Positions 1-10,542 are shown, numbered from the stretch's first letter. The stretch: DNA of 64,000 nucleotides from Clostridia bacterium (GCA_017451295.1 JAFSPW010000110.1:40213-104212), one strand, 5' to 3'. Notes: generated from the letters alone by a model not told the origin. Numbers and translations: made by a program.

Positions 1-1510
1 CGGAGCCGCTTTCGTCCACCACGGGGATGCCGGCGCCGGAGAAGGCGCAAATCAGCAGGTTGCTGATGTTGCCCCGACCGACATGCGGGGTGGATTTGCT
101 GCCGCTTTTATAGGAGCCGTCCCCCACATAGCAGATTCTGTCCTTGCTCCACACGGTGCGGCCGGTGAGGGCGTTGATTTTTTTCAAAGTGGCATAGCCC
201 CAGCCCATGGGCAAATCATCCCCCTGGTAGGTGGTTTGGCTCACGGTGTAGCAGAAGAGGGTGTTTTCGTCCCCATCCTCCTCCAGCACGGGAGAGGCAT
301 CCGTGTCCCCGCCCAGATCGAGGGCATACAGCAGCCGCAGGGTGTCCGTGTCGATGCATTGGAGCATGCCGCCGTTGTCGGTGACAAAGAGATAATTCCT
401 AAACAGGGCGGCGGAGGATTCAAAGCCGTACCAACGCTTGCCCCTGCCGTCGTTTGAATTATAGTTGGGACCGGTATAGCGATACTTTACCCTGTCGCCG
501 GGGTTGATGGAGATGGTGCCCCGCTCCGGGTCATAGCTGGTGCGAAGCTCCACAAAGTAGATGATGCCGCCTTCGCTGGGCTGGATGAGGGTGTCGTTGA
601 CGATGAGGGGGCTGCTGTCAAAGGCGTTCCAGTTGCTTCGATAGGCAAAGTAGTCCCGGCCGCCAAACTCGTACTCTACCCGATTGGTGATAAGGTTGAT
701 GGCGTAATAATAGCTTACATCCGTACCCCGGGCGTTCTTTTTCATCAGGCCCGTGCCCACATACAGCATGGGCCGTCCCTCCGGGTCCAGGCTGGGGGTT
801 CCGAACATGGAGGCGCCCACGTTGATGGGCTGACGGGTCTGGGCGCCGGTAATCAAATCATAGAAATAGATGTTGCCGTCCGCCGAGGGATAGATGACCT
901 CGATGAAATCCTGGGTGGACTTATAGATGTCGTTGACGCCCAGCGTCGGCAAAACCTCCTGGCTCCAGCGAACCAGCAGGGGCTGACCGGTCCAGGAGGT
1001 GCCGGCATAGTCCCCTAACTTACCCACCATGGCCTGCCAGACGATATGGGTGGCTTTCAAAGTGATGGTGGCGGTGCCATAGGCGAAGGAGTCCCGATAG
1101 GGGGTGCCGCCGAAGGTGATGACACCGGGCAGCTGGGTATAGGCATCCTTATTGATAAGGCTCAATCCCATGGCCCGAGGAGCGGTGTCCCGAATCTTCT
1201 CCTCGTTGTTCACCCGGACGGCGGACTCCATGCCCGCCGTATCGCTGCCGGAGACAGAATAGGTCTGTTGGGCACTGAGCCGCTTTTTGGGGCGAACGCC
1301 GCCGGTCAGTTCCTGCTCCTCTGCGCCGTTTTCCGTTTGCGTGCCCTCCTCTGCAATGACGGGAAGCTGGAGCTCGCTTTGCTCTTTACGCTCCTGCAGA
1401 TAGTTCACGGCTGCCGAGGCAAGCAGTACCAGCCCCACCACCAGGGCAAGGGAAAGGGCCAAAAATATAAAAAAACGGGGTTGAAAGGTTCGTCTGGTCT
1501 TGCGGCGCAT
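1..1510 (-). CDS. Membrane-anchored PQQ-like beta-propeller repeat protein (BamB/YncE-like), 3' end cut by window edge
   Basis: Open minus-strand frame from ATG 1510; absent from ORF track because it runs off the window. Hand translation MRRKTRRTFQPRFFIFLALSLALVVGLVLLASA gives an N-terminal TM anchor, then repeated blade-like strands (IYFYDLITG, MLYVGTG, GIIYFVEL, LFVTDNGGMLQCID). Frame re-checked at 1022-1051 (THIVWQAMVG). Confidence 0.5.
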   Translation of the reverse strand, partial: MRRKTRRTFQPRFFIFLALSLALVVGLVLLASAAVNYLQERKEQSELQLPVIAEEGTQTENGAEEQELTGGVRPKKRLSAQQTYSVSGSDTAGMESAVRVNNEEKIRDTAPRAMGLSLINKDAYTQLPGVITFGGTPYRDSFAYGTATITLKATHIVWQAMVGKLGDYAGTSWTGQPLLVRWSQEVLPTLGVNDIYKSTQDFIEVIYPSADGNIYFYDLITGAQTRQPINVGASMFGTPSLDPEGRPMLYVGTGLMKKNARGTDVSYYYAINLITNRVEYEFGGRDYFAYRSNWNAFDSSPLIVNDTLIQPSEGGIIYFVELRTSYDPERGTISINPGDRVKYRYTGPNYNSNDGRGKRWYGFESSAALFRNYLFVTDNGGMLQCIDTDTLRLLYALDLGGDTDASPVLEEDGDENTLFCYTVSQTTYQGDDLPMGWGYATLKKINALTGRTVWSKDRICYVGDGSYKSGSKSTPHVGRGNISNLLICAFSGAGIPVVDESGS

Positions 1511-1685
1511 GGCAATGCCCCCTTTAAGAAACTTAGATAGAGAGTATATTACAACAATTGGGCGCAGGATTGCAAGATTCTATGTAAAACGCCTTGCAAA
1601 CGTTCTGTGAATTAGCAAACGGCAAAAAGAAAAAAAGCCCTTATACAAGAGCTTTCTTCGCGACGATGTGGGTAATCATGGGCGG

Positions 1686-1877
1686 TTAGTTGTTGTCCTT
1701 GTCCATGTCAATGACCTTTGCGCCATCATAATACCCGCACTTCTTGCAAACAGTGTGAGGGACCTTCAGCTCGTGGCACTGGGGGCACTCCACCAGGGTG
1801 GGGGCCGTCAGGTTGTTGTTGGCCGAACGGCGAGAATCTCTCCTTGCCTTGGATGTTTTTCTTTTTGGTACTGCCAT
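1686..1877 (-). CDS. rpmF: 50S ribosomal protein L32
   Basis: 63 aa, MAVPKRKTSKARRDSRR N-terminus and CPQC...CKKCG zinc knuckle typical of bL32. Directly downstream of yceD as in most Firmicutes. Confidence 0.95.
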   Translation of the reverse strand: MAVPKRKTSKARRDSRRSANNNLTAPTLVECPQCHELKVPHTVCKKCGYYDGAKVIDMDKDNN

Positions 1878-1889
1878 GATTACACCTCC

Positions 1890-2393
1890 TTATTTTTCGA
1901 AACTCAATGCTTTCAGCGCATCAAAGGCGCTCTTTTGGGGTTGGTCGGCGCAGCTGCACCGGGAACGGTTGAGATTGGTACCGCAGACGGGGCAAAGCCC
2001 CTTGCAATCGGGACGGCACAGACTCACCATGGGCAGATTCAAAAACAGATTGTCCATGAAGGCCTGCTCTAAATCCACCGTGTCTCCCTGGAAGGGATAG
2101 GCATCGTCTTCGGGGGTAATCATCCCCGCCCGGAGAAACCTTTCCTCAAAGGAGAAGGTGATGGGTTGCTGCACGGGCTCGTTGCACCGGGCGCATCGGG
2201 TGTCCAACACCAAAGAAGCCTCGCCCGTGATACGGAAGGCATCCTTTTCGCCGGTGATGGTTCCCTGCAAGGCGGCTTCTCCCAGGAAGGAAAGCTGCCC
2301 GCCGCCATAGGATTGGGCCGGGACGCTGCCGGTCCAGGCATAGGGCACGGGTTCGCCCAGCTGTTTTGCTGCCTGATGAACGGAAACTTCCAT
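1890..2393 (-). CDS. yceD: YceD/DUF177 family protein (large-subunit rRNA accumulation protein)
   Basis: C-terminal CRPDCKGLCPVCGTNLN motif and yceD-rpmF synteny. Start moved to ATG 2393, preceded by AAGGGGTG RBS. Confidence 0.85.
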   Translation of the reverse strand: MEVSVHQAAKQLGEPVPYAWTGSVPAQSYGGGQLSFLGEAALQGTITGEKDAFRITGEASLVLDTRCARCNEPVQQPITFSFEERFLRAGMITPEDDAYPFQGDTVDLEQAFMDNLFLNLPMVSLCRPDCKGLCPVCGTNLNRSRCSCADQPQKSAFDALKALSFEK

Positions 2394-2487
2394 AGCACAC
2401 CCCTTAAAATCAACCAAAGTGTATTCTACTTGCTTCGAGGCGGTTTGTCAACCACAAACTTGCCGAGATTTCCACATTTTCCGGGGA

Positions 2488-2772
2488 TTATGAGCGGGTA
2501 TCGTCAGGCGATTGGCCATCTTCCTCCACGGAAAAGGCGGCATGAGGGGAAACCGGCTCCGCCGGCGGCTCCTCCTCCTGGGGGGCATGGATACCGGAGC
2601 GCTTCAACTCCCCCACCAGATAGTCGATGGTGTCGGTCAGCTCCCGCCGCTCCTGCTCCATTTGCCGCAGTTGGGCAATGATTTCGTCCAGAAAATCATC
2701 CACCTGCTCCAGGTCGTATCCCAGCAGCGTACGGCGGAAAGATTTGTTGGCGATGTTCTCCACACTCAGCAT
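2488..2772 (-). CDS. DivIVA-domain cell-division protein (short, GpsB/DivIVA-like)
   Basis: LSVENIANKSFRRTLLGYDLEQVDDFLDEI matches the DivIVA N-terminal signature, followed by a coiled coil. Start set to ATG 2772 with GAGGA RBS. Next to sepF. Confidence 0.75.
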   Translation of the reverse strand: MLSVENIANKSFRRTLLGYDLEQVDDFLDEIIAQLRQMEQERRELTDTIDYLVGELKRSGIHAPQEEEPPAEPVSPHAAFSVEEDGQSPDDTRS

Positions 2773-2817
2773 AGCATCCTCGCAAAAAAGCGGGCCGGTC
2801 ACCCTGCCCGCCCGGTG

Positions 2818-3276
2818 TTACATCTCCTCGTACTCTCCGGTCTCGTTACCGATGACATCGTAGTTGGTGGGGGCCACCACGAAGATGCCCCGGCTAATCT
2901 TGGCGATGGTGCCGTTGATGGCATAGATGGCGCCGGAGATGAAGTCCAGAATCCGCTGGGCACAGGCCACATCCAGCTCCTCCATGTTGACGATGACGGG
3001 CTTGCGGGCCTTGAGATTGTCGATGATGTTCTGGGCATCCTCATAGCTGACGGGATGATAGACGATCATCTTCATGGCCGCCACGTTGGGGGTGGGGATG
3101 CTCTCGCCGCCGCCCTGCAGACGGGTCTCCCGGGACAGTTTGCGAGGTTCGGGCTCCGCGCGGCGCTTAGGCTGGGGGGCTTCCTTCTCCCCCTCCTCCT
3201 CGAACAGTTCGTCCTCGGGCTTGTCTTCACTTTCCTCTATGCCGATAAAATCCAGAAACTTATTGTAGATACCCAC
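2818..3276 (-). CDS. sepF: Cell division protein SepF
   Basis: C-terminal core KMIVYHPVSYEDAQNIIDNLKARKPVIVNMEELD...RILDFISGAIYAINGTI is the SepF domain. GTG start at 3276 sits 8 nt after AGGAGG. Confidence 0.85.
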   Translation of the reverse strand: MGIYNKFLDFIGIEESEDKPEDELFEEEGEKEAPQPKRRAEPEPRKLSRETRLQGGGESIPTPNVAAMKMIVYHPVSYEDAQNIIDNLKARKPVIVNMEELDVACAQRILDFISGAIYAINGTIAKISRGIFVVAPTNYDVIGNETGEYEEM

Positions 3277-3302
3277 TTGCTTGCCTCCTGAATGAATTTG
3301 CA

Positions 3303-3992
3303 TTACAATCTGTTGCGCTGACCGAAGATGGCGGTGCCGACCCGAACCATGGTGGCTCCCTCCTCTATGGCCTGGGGATAATCGTGACTCATGCCCATGG
3401 ACAGCTCCCGTAAGGGAAGCTCCGGAAACAGGCGCTGCATGCGAGAGCTCAGCTCATAGAGCCGGGCAAAGTATGCCCTAGCTGCCGTAGCCTCCACCGC
3501 AGGAGGCACACACATAAGCCCCCGCACCCGCAGGTGCTTGCAGCCGCAGGACGCCTCCAGCAGCAGCGGCAGCTTGTCCACAGCCACGCCGCCCTTTTGC
3601 GGCTCGTTTGCGATGTTCACCTGCAGCAGCACATCCTGAACAAGGTTCAGCTTTTTAGCCTGATTCTCCACCGCCAGCAGCAGGGATTCCCTGTCCACCG
3701 ACTGGAGCAATGCCACATTGCCAACAATGTATTTTACCTTATTGGTCTGCAGTTGTCCAATGAAATGAACCGTCGCCTGGTTCTGTTTATAAAAAGTTAA
3801 CTTTTCCCGGACCTCCTGGGCGTGGTTCTCCCCCACGCTGTGTACCCCGCAGGCAAAGGCCTCGGCGATACGCTCCGGCTCCACATATTTGGTGACCGCG
3901 ATTAGCTGCACATCCGCCCTTTTTCGGCCCGCTCTTTGGCAGGCCAAGGCCATGTTTTGCTCCACGGACTGTATGTTCTCTTCGATGCTCAT
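3303..3992 (-). CDS. yggS: YggS family pyridoxal-phosphate homeostasis protein
   Basis: 229 aa with LIAVTKY PLP-lysine context. Canonical position upstream of sepF/divIVA (ylmE position). Confidence 0.85.
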   Translation of the reverse strand: MSIEENIQSVEQNMALACQRAGRKRADVQLIAVTKYVEPERIAEAFACGVHSVGENHAQEVREKLTFYKQNQATVHFIGQLQTNKVKYIVGNVALLQSVDRESLLLAVENQAKKLNLVQDVLLQVNIANEPQKGGVAVDKLPLLLEASCGCKHLRVRGLMCVPPAVEATAARAYFARLYELSSRMQRLFPELPLRELSMGMSHDYPQAIEEGATMVRVGTAIFGQRNRL

Positions 3993-4004
3993 AGCTGCCT
4001 GCCT

Positions 4005-5288
4005 CTATGGAACGGGAGTGGGCCGAGGGGTGCTGGTGGGCGCCGGAGTAGCCGAGGCTGGGGCTTGCGGTTCGCTGGTGGGGCTGCTCTGCTCCTCCTC
4101 CTCGCCGTGATACTCAAAGCGCAGACCTCTGGTCAGCTGGATGCTGGGGTCCGCCGCCTGGATGATGGCGGTCTCCCCATCGGAGGAGGGAATGACCACC
4201 TGGATGGGCTGATAGACCCGACCGGTGTTCATGAACACATAGGGAATGCCGCCGTTAAAATAGATGCCCTTCACGGGGATGGACACGCCGCTGGCCATGG
4301 TGTGGATGGTGAAGGTCATGGTCCGGTTCTCCAGCACGGGGAGCACATCGGAATTGACTTCCAGGATATAGAGCACATAGTTGGTGGCGGGGCGCTCGGC
4401 AATGACCCGGCCGGTATAGGCGGAGTCCTGATACTTTACCCTAAGCTCATAGCTATTGCCTACCACCAGCCGATGGGAGTCCGCCGCCCGGACGGTAAAG
4501 GCCACATAGAAGCCGTTGGGATCCACCACCCGATAGACACCGGCGGCGTTATAGGACAGGGACACCGGGGAGGAGACCACCCGGCTAATCTGGGTGGCGG
4601 TGAGAGAATCCACGCTCATGGCGTTCTCGTAGCCGTCCAGATGGAAGCTGATATAGCCGGAACCGGCGTTGTTTACCAGGGCGCTCTCGGCGGTGAAGTT
4701 GCTGTGCATGATGTCCAGCTGCTGATAGCTGGCCGTCAGGGAGGCATCGGAGGGGACGATTTGCCGCATCAGGTTCTGCCGGGCAGTGAGCAGGTCGTTG
4801 AGCTGCTCGGCAAGAGCAATATAGTCGAGGCCCTCCTTACCGGCGGAAGCCCGGGTCATCTGCTCCACCACCTGCTGAATCTGCTGGTTATACTGCAGCA
4901 CCTCGTCAGGAAGGGTCATGCCGTCGGCGGAGCTGAGGCGAAGCAGGGTTTGCTGCTGCTGGTAAATCTGCTGCTCCTTGCTGATGATGTCCGCCATCTG
5001 GTTATCAAAGCCCTTTTTATAGAGCATGGCCACGGTGTCCCCGTCGGAAACGGTAGCTCCCTCCCCTACCAGGAAGCGGATGCTGTGGTAGTCGTCGGTG
5101 GAGGCCACGTTCTCCCGACGCAGAATGACGCCGGTGAACTCTATATCCCCCTCCACGGTGTCGCTGCCCAGGCGGCCGGTAGCCGGGTTCAAAATGCGGT
5201 AGCCGACATAGACCCCCAGCAGAAGCACGGGGACAAGCAGAAACAGATAGAACTTCAGTTTGAATTTACGCGTCCTCTTGGCCGACAA
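4005..5288 (-). CDS. HlyD-like membrane-fusion/adaptor family protein (single N-terminal TM, Pro/Thr-rich C-terminal tail)
   Basis: 427 aa. N-terminal KFKLKFYLFLLVPVLLLGVYVGY anchor, central coiled-coil-like Q-rich segment (EQQIYQQQQTLL, QQIQQVVEQ) flanked by beta-rich regions. Assignment is by architecture only. Confidence 0.35.
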   Translation of the reverse strand: MSAKRTRKFKLKFYLFLLVPVLLLGVYVGYRILNPATGRLGSDTVEGDIEFTGVILRRENVASTDDYHSIRFLVGEGATVSDGDTVAMLYKKGFDNQMADIISKEQQIYQQQQTLLRLSSADGMTLPDEVLQYNQQIQQVVEQMTRASAGKEGLDYIALAEQLNDLLTARQNLMRQIVPSDASLTASYQQLDIMHSNFTAESALVNNAGSGYISFHLDGYENAMSVDSLTATQISRVVSSPVSLSYNAAGVYRVVDPNGFYVAFTVRAADSHRLVVGNSYELRVKYQDSAYTGRVIAERPATNYVLYILEVNSDVLPVLENRTMTFTIHTMASGVSIPVKGIYFNGGIPYVFMNTGRVYQPIQVVIPSSDGETAIIQAADPSIQLTRGLRFEYHGEEEEQSSPTSEPQAPASATPAPTSTPRPTPVP

Positions 5289-5646
5289 CTTCCTTCACCT
5301 CGTAGCCCTGTTTTTGGGAGCGACCGTACTGCCGGTCGAAGTTTTCCTTGTTCTTGGCGATGTATCCATCATAGAGCGCCTGGCCGTCCATGCCGCTGCG
5401 GATGCACATGCTGACAAAGAAATGGAGCACATCCACCAGCTCCTCCTGGATGGCGGCCTGGTTCTGGGGCTTCTTGTTCTTCCACCATTTATACTGGACC
5501 TCGTTGAGGACCTCCATAATCTCCTCAATGCAGGCCAGGGCGTCCTTCTGCATCCATTCCTCGTAGGAATAGGAAAGGTTCCGCCGGGTCATAATGTCCT
5601 CGTCCAGGCTCTTTTGCAGATTAAAAATCACGTCGAGGCGATCCAT
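5266..5646 (-). CDS. Dimeric all-alpha dUTPase-like protein
   Basis: MDRLDVIFNLQKSLDEDI...EEIMEVLNEVQYKWWKNKKP...ELVDVLHFFVS resembles the dimeric dUTPase/MazG-like family. Start moved to ATG 5646 (AAGGAGAT RBS), 2 nt after the M16 peptidase stop. Confidence 0.55.
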   Translation of the reverse strand: MDRLDVIFNLQKSLDEDIMTRRNLSYSYEEWMQKDALACIEEIMEVLNEVQYKWWKNKKPQNQAAIQEELVDVLHFFVSMCIRSGMDGQALYDGYIAKNKENFDRQYGRSQKQGYEVKEVVGQEDA

Positions 5647-5648
5647 TG

Positions 5649-6923
5649 TTATCTCCTTTGCATCCAGTCGCTGAGAATAGCTTCCATCTCTTTTTGTACC
5701 CGCTTCACCCTGCCCACACAGGCGCACACCGCCCTGTGGGGGGAAAGAATGTGGGGCAGAATGGCCTCTATCTTTTTCATTGTAACACATTCCATGGCCC
5801 GGAGGGTATCCTCCAATGTGAATTCTTTGTTTTGCAAAAGCAATCTTTTGCCCAAAGCGTTCATGTGGGCGCTGCTGCCCTCCATGCCAAGAAGAAAGCT
5901 GCCCTTGAGCTGGGCGCGGCTGCGCATGAGCTCCTCCTCGGTGATGCCGGCGGTCAGCTTTTTAAGCTCTTGCAGGGACAAATCCAGCGCCTTTACCGCC
6001 TGCTTCTCCCCGGTGCCAAAATACAGGCAGATATCCCCCGTGTCCCGAAAGCCGGTGGGATAGGTATACACGGAGTAGGCAAGGCCCCTTTCCTCCCGAA
6101 TGGACTGGAAGAGGCGGCTGGAGGTGCTGCCCCCCAGGGCGTTGCTGAGCACCGCGAGCGCCGCATACTCCTCGGTATCCAGCGCATAGCCCGGCAGGGT
6201 CAGGCAGGCATGGACCTGCTCCGTATCCTTTTGTATAAACTGCCAGCGGCTGCCGGGAAGCGGCGTCTTCTCCGGGGTCATATCCCCGGGCGCCCGGGGG
6301 CAGTCGGCAAAGGCGGACTCGAGAAGCGTCAAAAGCTCATCGGTGTTGAATTTTCCGGCACAGGCGATAACGATGTTTCCGGACACATACCGCCGGGCCA
6401 TATAGGCAAGAATCTGTTCCCGGGTGAAGGAGCGAACCTGCTGCTCTGTGCCAAGAATAGGGGAAGACAGGCAGGTGTCCCCATAATACGCCATGGCGGC
6501 GGCTTCAAAGGCCTTGTCCTCCGGGTTATCCTCGCTCATAAGGATTTCCTCTATCACCACCCCCTTCTCCTTCTCCATCTCCACCGGGTCCAAAGAAGGG
6601 TGCAGGGTGATGTCCGAGAGCATGTCTACCGCCAAAGGCAAATCCTCGCCCAGGACCTTGGCATAGAAACAGGTGCATTCCTTGGCCGTGAAGGCGTTCA
6701 GGTTCCCGCCTACGGCATCCATCTGGGCAGCGATCTGGGCGGCGGTGCGGCGGGCAGTGCCCTTGAACACCATGTGCTCGATAAAGTGGCTGATGCCCTC
6801 CTCCGCCTTCGTTTCAAAGACGGAACCGGCGTTGACCCAAACCCCGATGCTGACGGAGCTCAGGTTTTCCATGGGCTCCATAATGACCCGGATGCCGCTA
6901 TGGAGCTTTGCCTGATAAATCAA
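5649..6923 (-). CDS. M16 family (insulinase/pitrilysin-like) zinc peptidase
   Basis: HFIEHMVFKG is the inverted HxxEH zinc motif. Position downstream of pnp matches mlpA/ymxG synteny. Start re-set to TTG 6923 (GGAG RBS), giving LIYQAKLHSGIRV. Confidence 0.8.
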   Translation of the reverse strand: MIYQAKLHSGIRVIMEPMENLSSVSIGVWVNAGSVFETKAEEGISHFIEHMVFKGTARRTAAQIAAQMDAVGGNLNAFTAKECTCFYAKVLGEDLPLAVDMLSDITLHPSLDPVEMEKEKGVVIEEILMSEDNPEDKAFEAAAMAYYGDTCLSSPILGTEQQVRSFTREQILAYMARRYVSGNIVIACAGKFNTDELLTLLESAFADCPRAPGDMTPEKTPLPGSRWQFIQKDTEQVHACLTLPGYALDTEEYAALAVLSNALGGSTSSRLFQSIREERGLAYSVYTYPTGFRDTGDICLYFGTGEKQAVKALDLSLQELKKLTAGITEEELMRSRAQLKGSFLLGMEGSSAHMNALGKRLLLQNKEFTLEDTLRAMECVTMKKIEAILPHILSPHRAVCACVGRVKRVQKEMEAILSDWMQRR

Positions 6924-7022
6924 TGAACTGAATCTCCTTTTTTGCCTATGATGCCCTGAAATAGAATGAACAAAACAGGGGCGTAATTGCACGCATTACG
7001 CCCCCTCAGTCAAGTCATAGGG

Positions 7023-9125
7023 TTAGTCGTTCTTCTCGTCCTCGGGAAGCAGGCCCTTGCGATCGAGGCTGATCTTGCCCGTCTTGGGATCGATTTCGAT
7101 GACCCGAACCAGGACCTTGTCGCCCAGATTCATCACATCCTCCACCTTGTTGACCCGCTTCTTGTCCATGCGAGAGATGTGGAGCAGACCGTCCTTGCCG
7201 GGGGTCAGGTTGATGAAGGCGCCGAAGGACTGGATGTTCACCACGGTGCCGAGGTACACCTCGCCCACCTCGATTTCCTTGACGATGCTGTCGATGATAG
7301 CCTTGGCAGCCTGGGCAGCGGACTCGTCGGGAGAGGCGATGGACACGGTGCCGTCGTCGTCGATGTCGATCTTCACGCCGGTCTGGGCAATGATGCCGTT
7401 GATGGTCTTGCCGCCGGAGCCGATGACGTCACGAATCTTATCGGGATCGATCTTGAAGCTGATGATGCGGGGCGCATAGGGGGACAGCTCCGTCCGGGGC
7501 TTGTCCAGGCACTCGCACATCTTGTCCAGGATGAATAGACGCCCGCGGCGAGCCTGAGCCAGGGCGCGGGTGAGAATCTCCTCATCGATGCCCTTAATCT
7601 TGATGTCCATCTGGATGGCAGTGATGCCGTCCCGGGTACCGGCCACCTTAAAGTCCATATCGCCCAGGAAGTCTTCGAGGCCCTGGATGTCGGTAAGCAC
7701 GGCGATGTTGCCCGTATCCACGTCCTTGATAAGGCCCATGGCCACACCGGCTACCATCTTCTTGATGGGAACGCCGGCGTCCATCAGGGCCAGGGTGCTG
7801 GCGCAGATGCTGGCCTGGGAGGTGGAACCGTTGCTGGAGATAACCTCGCTGACCAGCCGCATGCAGTAGGGGAACTCCTCCTCGCTGGGGAGCACGGGCA
7901 GCAACGCACGCTCTGCCAGGGCGCCATGGCCGATTTCACGACGGCCTGGGCTGCGGACGGGGCGGGTTTCGCCGGTGCTGTAGGGCGGCATGTTGTACTG
8001 GTGCATATAGCGCTTGGAATCCTCCAGGCCGATGCCGTCCAGAATCTGGGCTTCGGCGATGGTGCCCAGGGTGGCGATGGTCATAACCTGGGTTTGTCCC
8101 CGGGTGAACACGGCGCTGCCATGGGTCCTTTCCAGAATGCCGGCTTCGCACCAGATGGGACGAATCTCCTCCTGGCCACGGCCATCGGGACGAATCTTCT
8201 TGTTGATAATCTTGTCACGCATGACCTCTTTGGTCATGTTGTACAGAATGGCATCGATGTCCTTGCCCTCTTCGGGATGGGCCTCGTCGAAGGCGGCATG
8301 GGTTTCGGCCTTCACCTGCTCAGTACGCACTTCCCGCTCGTGGCGATCGAAGGTGTCCATCTGCCAGACCACCTTGTCCATGGCAAAGGCGCGGACAGCG
8401 GCTTCCAGCTCGGCATCGGGCTTATGGATGTTGACCTCCATCTTGGGCTTGCCAACCTCAGCCTGGATGTCGCTGATGAAGGCACAAATCTTCTTGATTT
8501 CCTCATGTGCAAAGAGGATAGCACCCAGCATCTCCTCCTCGGTGAGCTCCTGAGCACCGGCTTCCACCATCATGACGGCGTCCTTGGTGCCGGACACGGT
8601 CAAATTGAGGGTGCTCTTTTCCCTATCCTCCACGCCGGGGTTAAGGATGTACTTGCCGTCCACATAGCCCACAGCCACGGAACCCGTGGGGCCCATGAAG
8701 GGAGCTTCGGAGATGGACAGGGCGATGGAGGAACCCAGCATGGCCACCACATCGGGGGGCACATCCTGGTCCACGGACAGCACGGTGGCGATGACCTGCA
8801 CGTCGTTATAGAAGCCCTTGGGGAACAGGGGCCGCAGGGGACGGTCAATCAGACGGTCGGTCAAAATGGCCTTCTCGGAAGGACGGCCTTCGCGCTTGAT
8901 GAAGCCGCCGGGAATCTTGCCCACGGAGTAGAGCTTCTCCTCAAACTCCACAGACAGCGGCAGAAAGTCCACGCCATCCCGGGGAGCTTTGGCAACGGTG
9001 GCGCACACCAGCACTGCGGTGCCGCCGCAGCGCAGCAGGACGGAACCGCCTGCCTGCTCGGCATACTTGCCGGTTTCGACGACGAGCTTGCGATCGCCGA
9101 TCATGGTTTCAAATTGCTTGAACAT
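7023..9125 (-). CDS. pnp: Polyribonucleotide nucleotidyltransferase (PNPase)
   Basis: 700 aa with two RNase PH domains, a KH domain and an S1 domain ([20 protein letters not shown]). Sits downstream of rpsO. Confidence 0.97.
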   Translation of the reverse strand: MFKQFETMIGDRKLVVETGKYAEQAGGSVLLRCGGTAVLVCATVAKAPRDGVDFLPLSVEFEEKLYSVGKIPGGFIKREGRPSEKAILTDRLIDRPLRPLFPKGFYNDVQVIATVLSVDQDVPPDVVAMLGSSIALSISEAPFMGPTGSVAVGYVDGKYILNPGVEDREKSTLNLTVSGTKDAVMMVEAGAQELTEEEMLGAILFAHEEIKKICAFISDIQAEVGKPKMEVNIHKPDAELEAAVRAFAMDKVVWQMDTFDRHEREVRTEQVKAETHAAFDEAHPEEGKDIDAILYNMTKEVMRDKIINKKIRPDGRGQEEIRPIWCEAGILERTHGSAVFTRGQTQVMTIATLGTIAEAQILDGIGLEDSKRYMHQYNMPPYSTGETRPVRSPGRREIGHGALAERALLPVLPSEEEFPYCMRLVSEVISSNGSTSQASICASTLALMDAGVPIKKMVAGVAMGLIKDVDTGNIAVLTDIQGLEDFLGDMDFKVAGTRDGITAIQMDIKIKGIDEEILTRALAQARRGRLFILDKMCECLDKPRTELSPYAPRIISFKIDPDKIRDVIGSGGKTINGIIAQTGVKIDIDDDGTVSIASPDESAAQAAKAIIDSIVKEIEVGEVYLGTVVNIQSFGAFINLTPGKDGLLHISRMDKKRVNKVEDVMNLGDKVLVRVIEIDPKTGKISLDRKGLLPEDEKND

Positions 9126-9195
9126 ACCTCTTTATATCCTCTTTCTTAATTAATGCCTGGTTAGTATTCCCCGTTTTTGCGCGCAAAGGAGGCAG

Positions 9196-9233
9196 CGCCC
9201 AAAAATGGAAGGCGGGTGTTTTGCCCGCCTCCC
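9196..9233 (-). terminator. rpsO terminator / pnp leader hairpin
   Basis: Minus-strand RNA GGGAGGCGGG-caaaaca-CCCGCCTTCC followed by ATTTTTGG, between the rpsO stop and the pnp start. Confidence 0.6.
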
Positions 9234-9243
9234 TGCCTTGTCG

Positions 9244-9498
9244 TTACTTTCTGAGGTTCAGAGCTGCCAGGATGGCACGATACCGCTCGATGTCCTTCTC
9301 CTTGAGATAGTTGAGAAGGCCACGGCGCTGGCCGACCATCTTGAGCAGGCCGCGACGGCTGTGATGGTCGTTCTTGTTGTTGGCAAGGTGCTCGTTGAGG
9401 TGGTTGATGCGGTCGGTGAGCAGCGCAATCTGCACCTCGGGGGAGCCGGTGTCACCCTCGTGAAGGGCGTACTTGGTGATGATTTCCTGTTTGGTCAT
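9244..9498 (-). CDS. rpsO: 30S ribosomal protein S15
   Basis: [38 protein letters not shown]...HHSRRGLL is canonical uS15. Start moved to ATG 9498. Confidence 0.95.
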   Translation of the reverse strand: MTKQEIITKYALHEGDTGSPEVQIALLTDRINHLNEHLANNKNDHHSRRGLLKMVGQRRGLLNYLKEKDIERYRAILAALNLRK

Positions 9499-9606
9499 TT
9501 TGTTTTTCCTCCTTTTATTTAACCCCGCAAACAGAGAGGGAGCGAAGGTTTTTTGAACCCGGAGATGTGCTTCCACCCAGTACGCGGTTTAACCTTTGGT
9601 ATGGTA

Positions 9607-10542
9607 TCACAATCCTTTTGCGTTGTAAACACCTTTTCGATCAGAAACAAAAAGTTTTTTTGCCGCCTCCACATCCCGGCCAATCTGCTTTGATAGCTCT
9701 TGGGGGGAAGCAAAGGCCGTCTCCCCTCTAAGGCGCCGGTGCAGGGAGACGGAAATCTTCTTCGTGTACAAGGAGAGCTGCTCGTTTAGGATGTAGGTCT
9801 CCACGGTGCGCTCCCCTTGACCAAAGGTGGGGTTGGTACCCACGTTGGTGACGGCGGCATAGGTGGCATTTTCAAGGGTTACCGTGGAGGCATAGACCCC
9901 GTCTAAGGGCAGCAGCAGGTCTCCCGGCTCGATATTGGCCGTGGGAAAGCCCAGTTTTCGGCCCACCTGGCGATGGGCCACCACCCGGCCAGAAAGGGTA
10001 TAGGGACGGCCCAACAGGGCGGCGGCACCGGGCATGTCCCCTTCGCTGATACGGGCGCGGATGCGGGTGCTGGAAATGGGTTCAGCACCGAACAGAACCG
10101 GCTCGGCAATCTCAACGGCGATGCCCCGCTCCCGGCCCAGCTCCTGCAGGGTTTGGGCGGAGCCGGCACCGAACTTCCCGAAGGTATAGTTGAACCCGGC
10201 AGCAAGGCCCACCAGAGGATACCGTTCCTGCAAAAAGCTAAAAAATTCTTCCGGAGTGAGGCTCGCAAAAGCGGGCGTGAACTCCACTCGGTCCACCCTG
10301 TCTGCCCCCGCCCGAAGCAGCAGCCGTTCCTGCTCCTCTATAGAGCACAGCCTAGCGGTGGGACGGTTTAGGAGCTTTCCCGGCAGGTCCGTAAAGGTGA
10401 ACACCGCCAAGCGTGCCCTTAGCTTCTTTGCAAGGGAAGCCGCCTGCGCCACCAAAGCCTGATGCCCCAGGTGCACCCCATCGAAGGTGCCGAGGGCCAG
10501 CACCAGGGGCTGGGCTGGGTTTTGTATCGTCTGATTACTCAT
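9607..10542 (-). CDS. ribF: Bifunctional riboflavin kinase / FMN adenylyltransferase
   Basis: 311 aa. LGTFDGVHLGHQAL nucleotidyltransferase motif and C-terminal riboflavin kinase (GFPTANI, E.H..). truB-ribF-rpsO synteny. Confidence 0.9.
   Translation of the reverse strand: MSNQTIQNPAQPLVLALGTFDGVHLGHQALVAQAASLAKKLRARLAVFTFTDLPGKLLNRPTARLCSIEEQERLLLRAGADRVDRVEFTPAFASLTPEEFFSFLQERYPLVGLAAGFNYTFGKFGAGSAQTLQELGRERGIAVEIAEPVLFGAEPISSTRIRARISEGDMPGAAALLGRPYTLSGRVVAHRQVGRKLGFPTANIEPGDLLLPLDGVYASTVTLENATYAAVTNVGTNPTFGQGERTVETYILNEQLSLYTKKISVSLHRRLRGETAFASPQELSKQIGRDVEAAKKLFVSDRKGVYNAKGL

Noticed and set aside
3936-5414. 492-aa plus-strand ORF; the same class includes 5646..6926, 7926..9149, 14012..15385, 15638..16849 and 19631..20794 on the plus strand, and 27577..28356, 29733..30770, 51646..52464 and 56777..57613 on the minus strand
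   Set aside because: All lie antisense to genes with strong family signatures, lack RBS context and have G/H/L/A/R-biased composition. I treat them as non-coding shadow ORFs.
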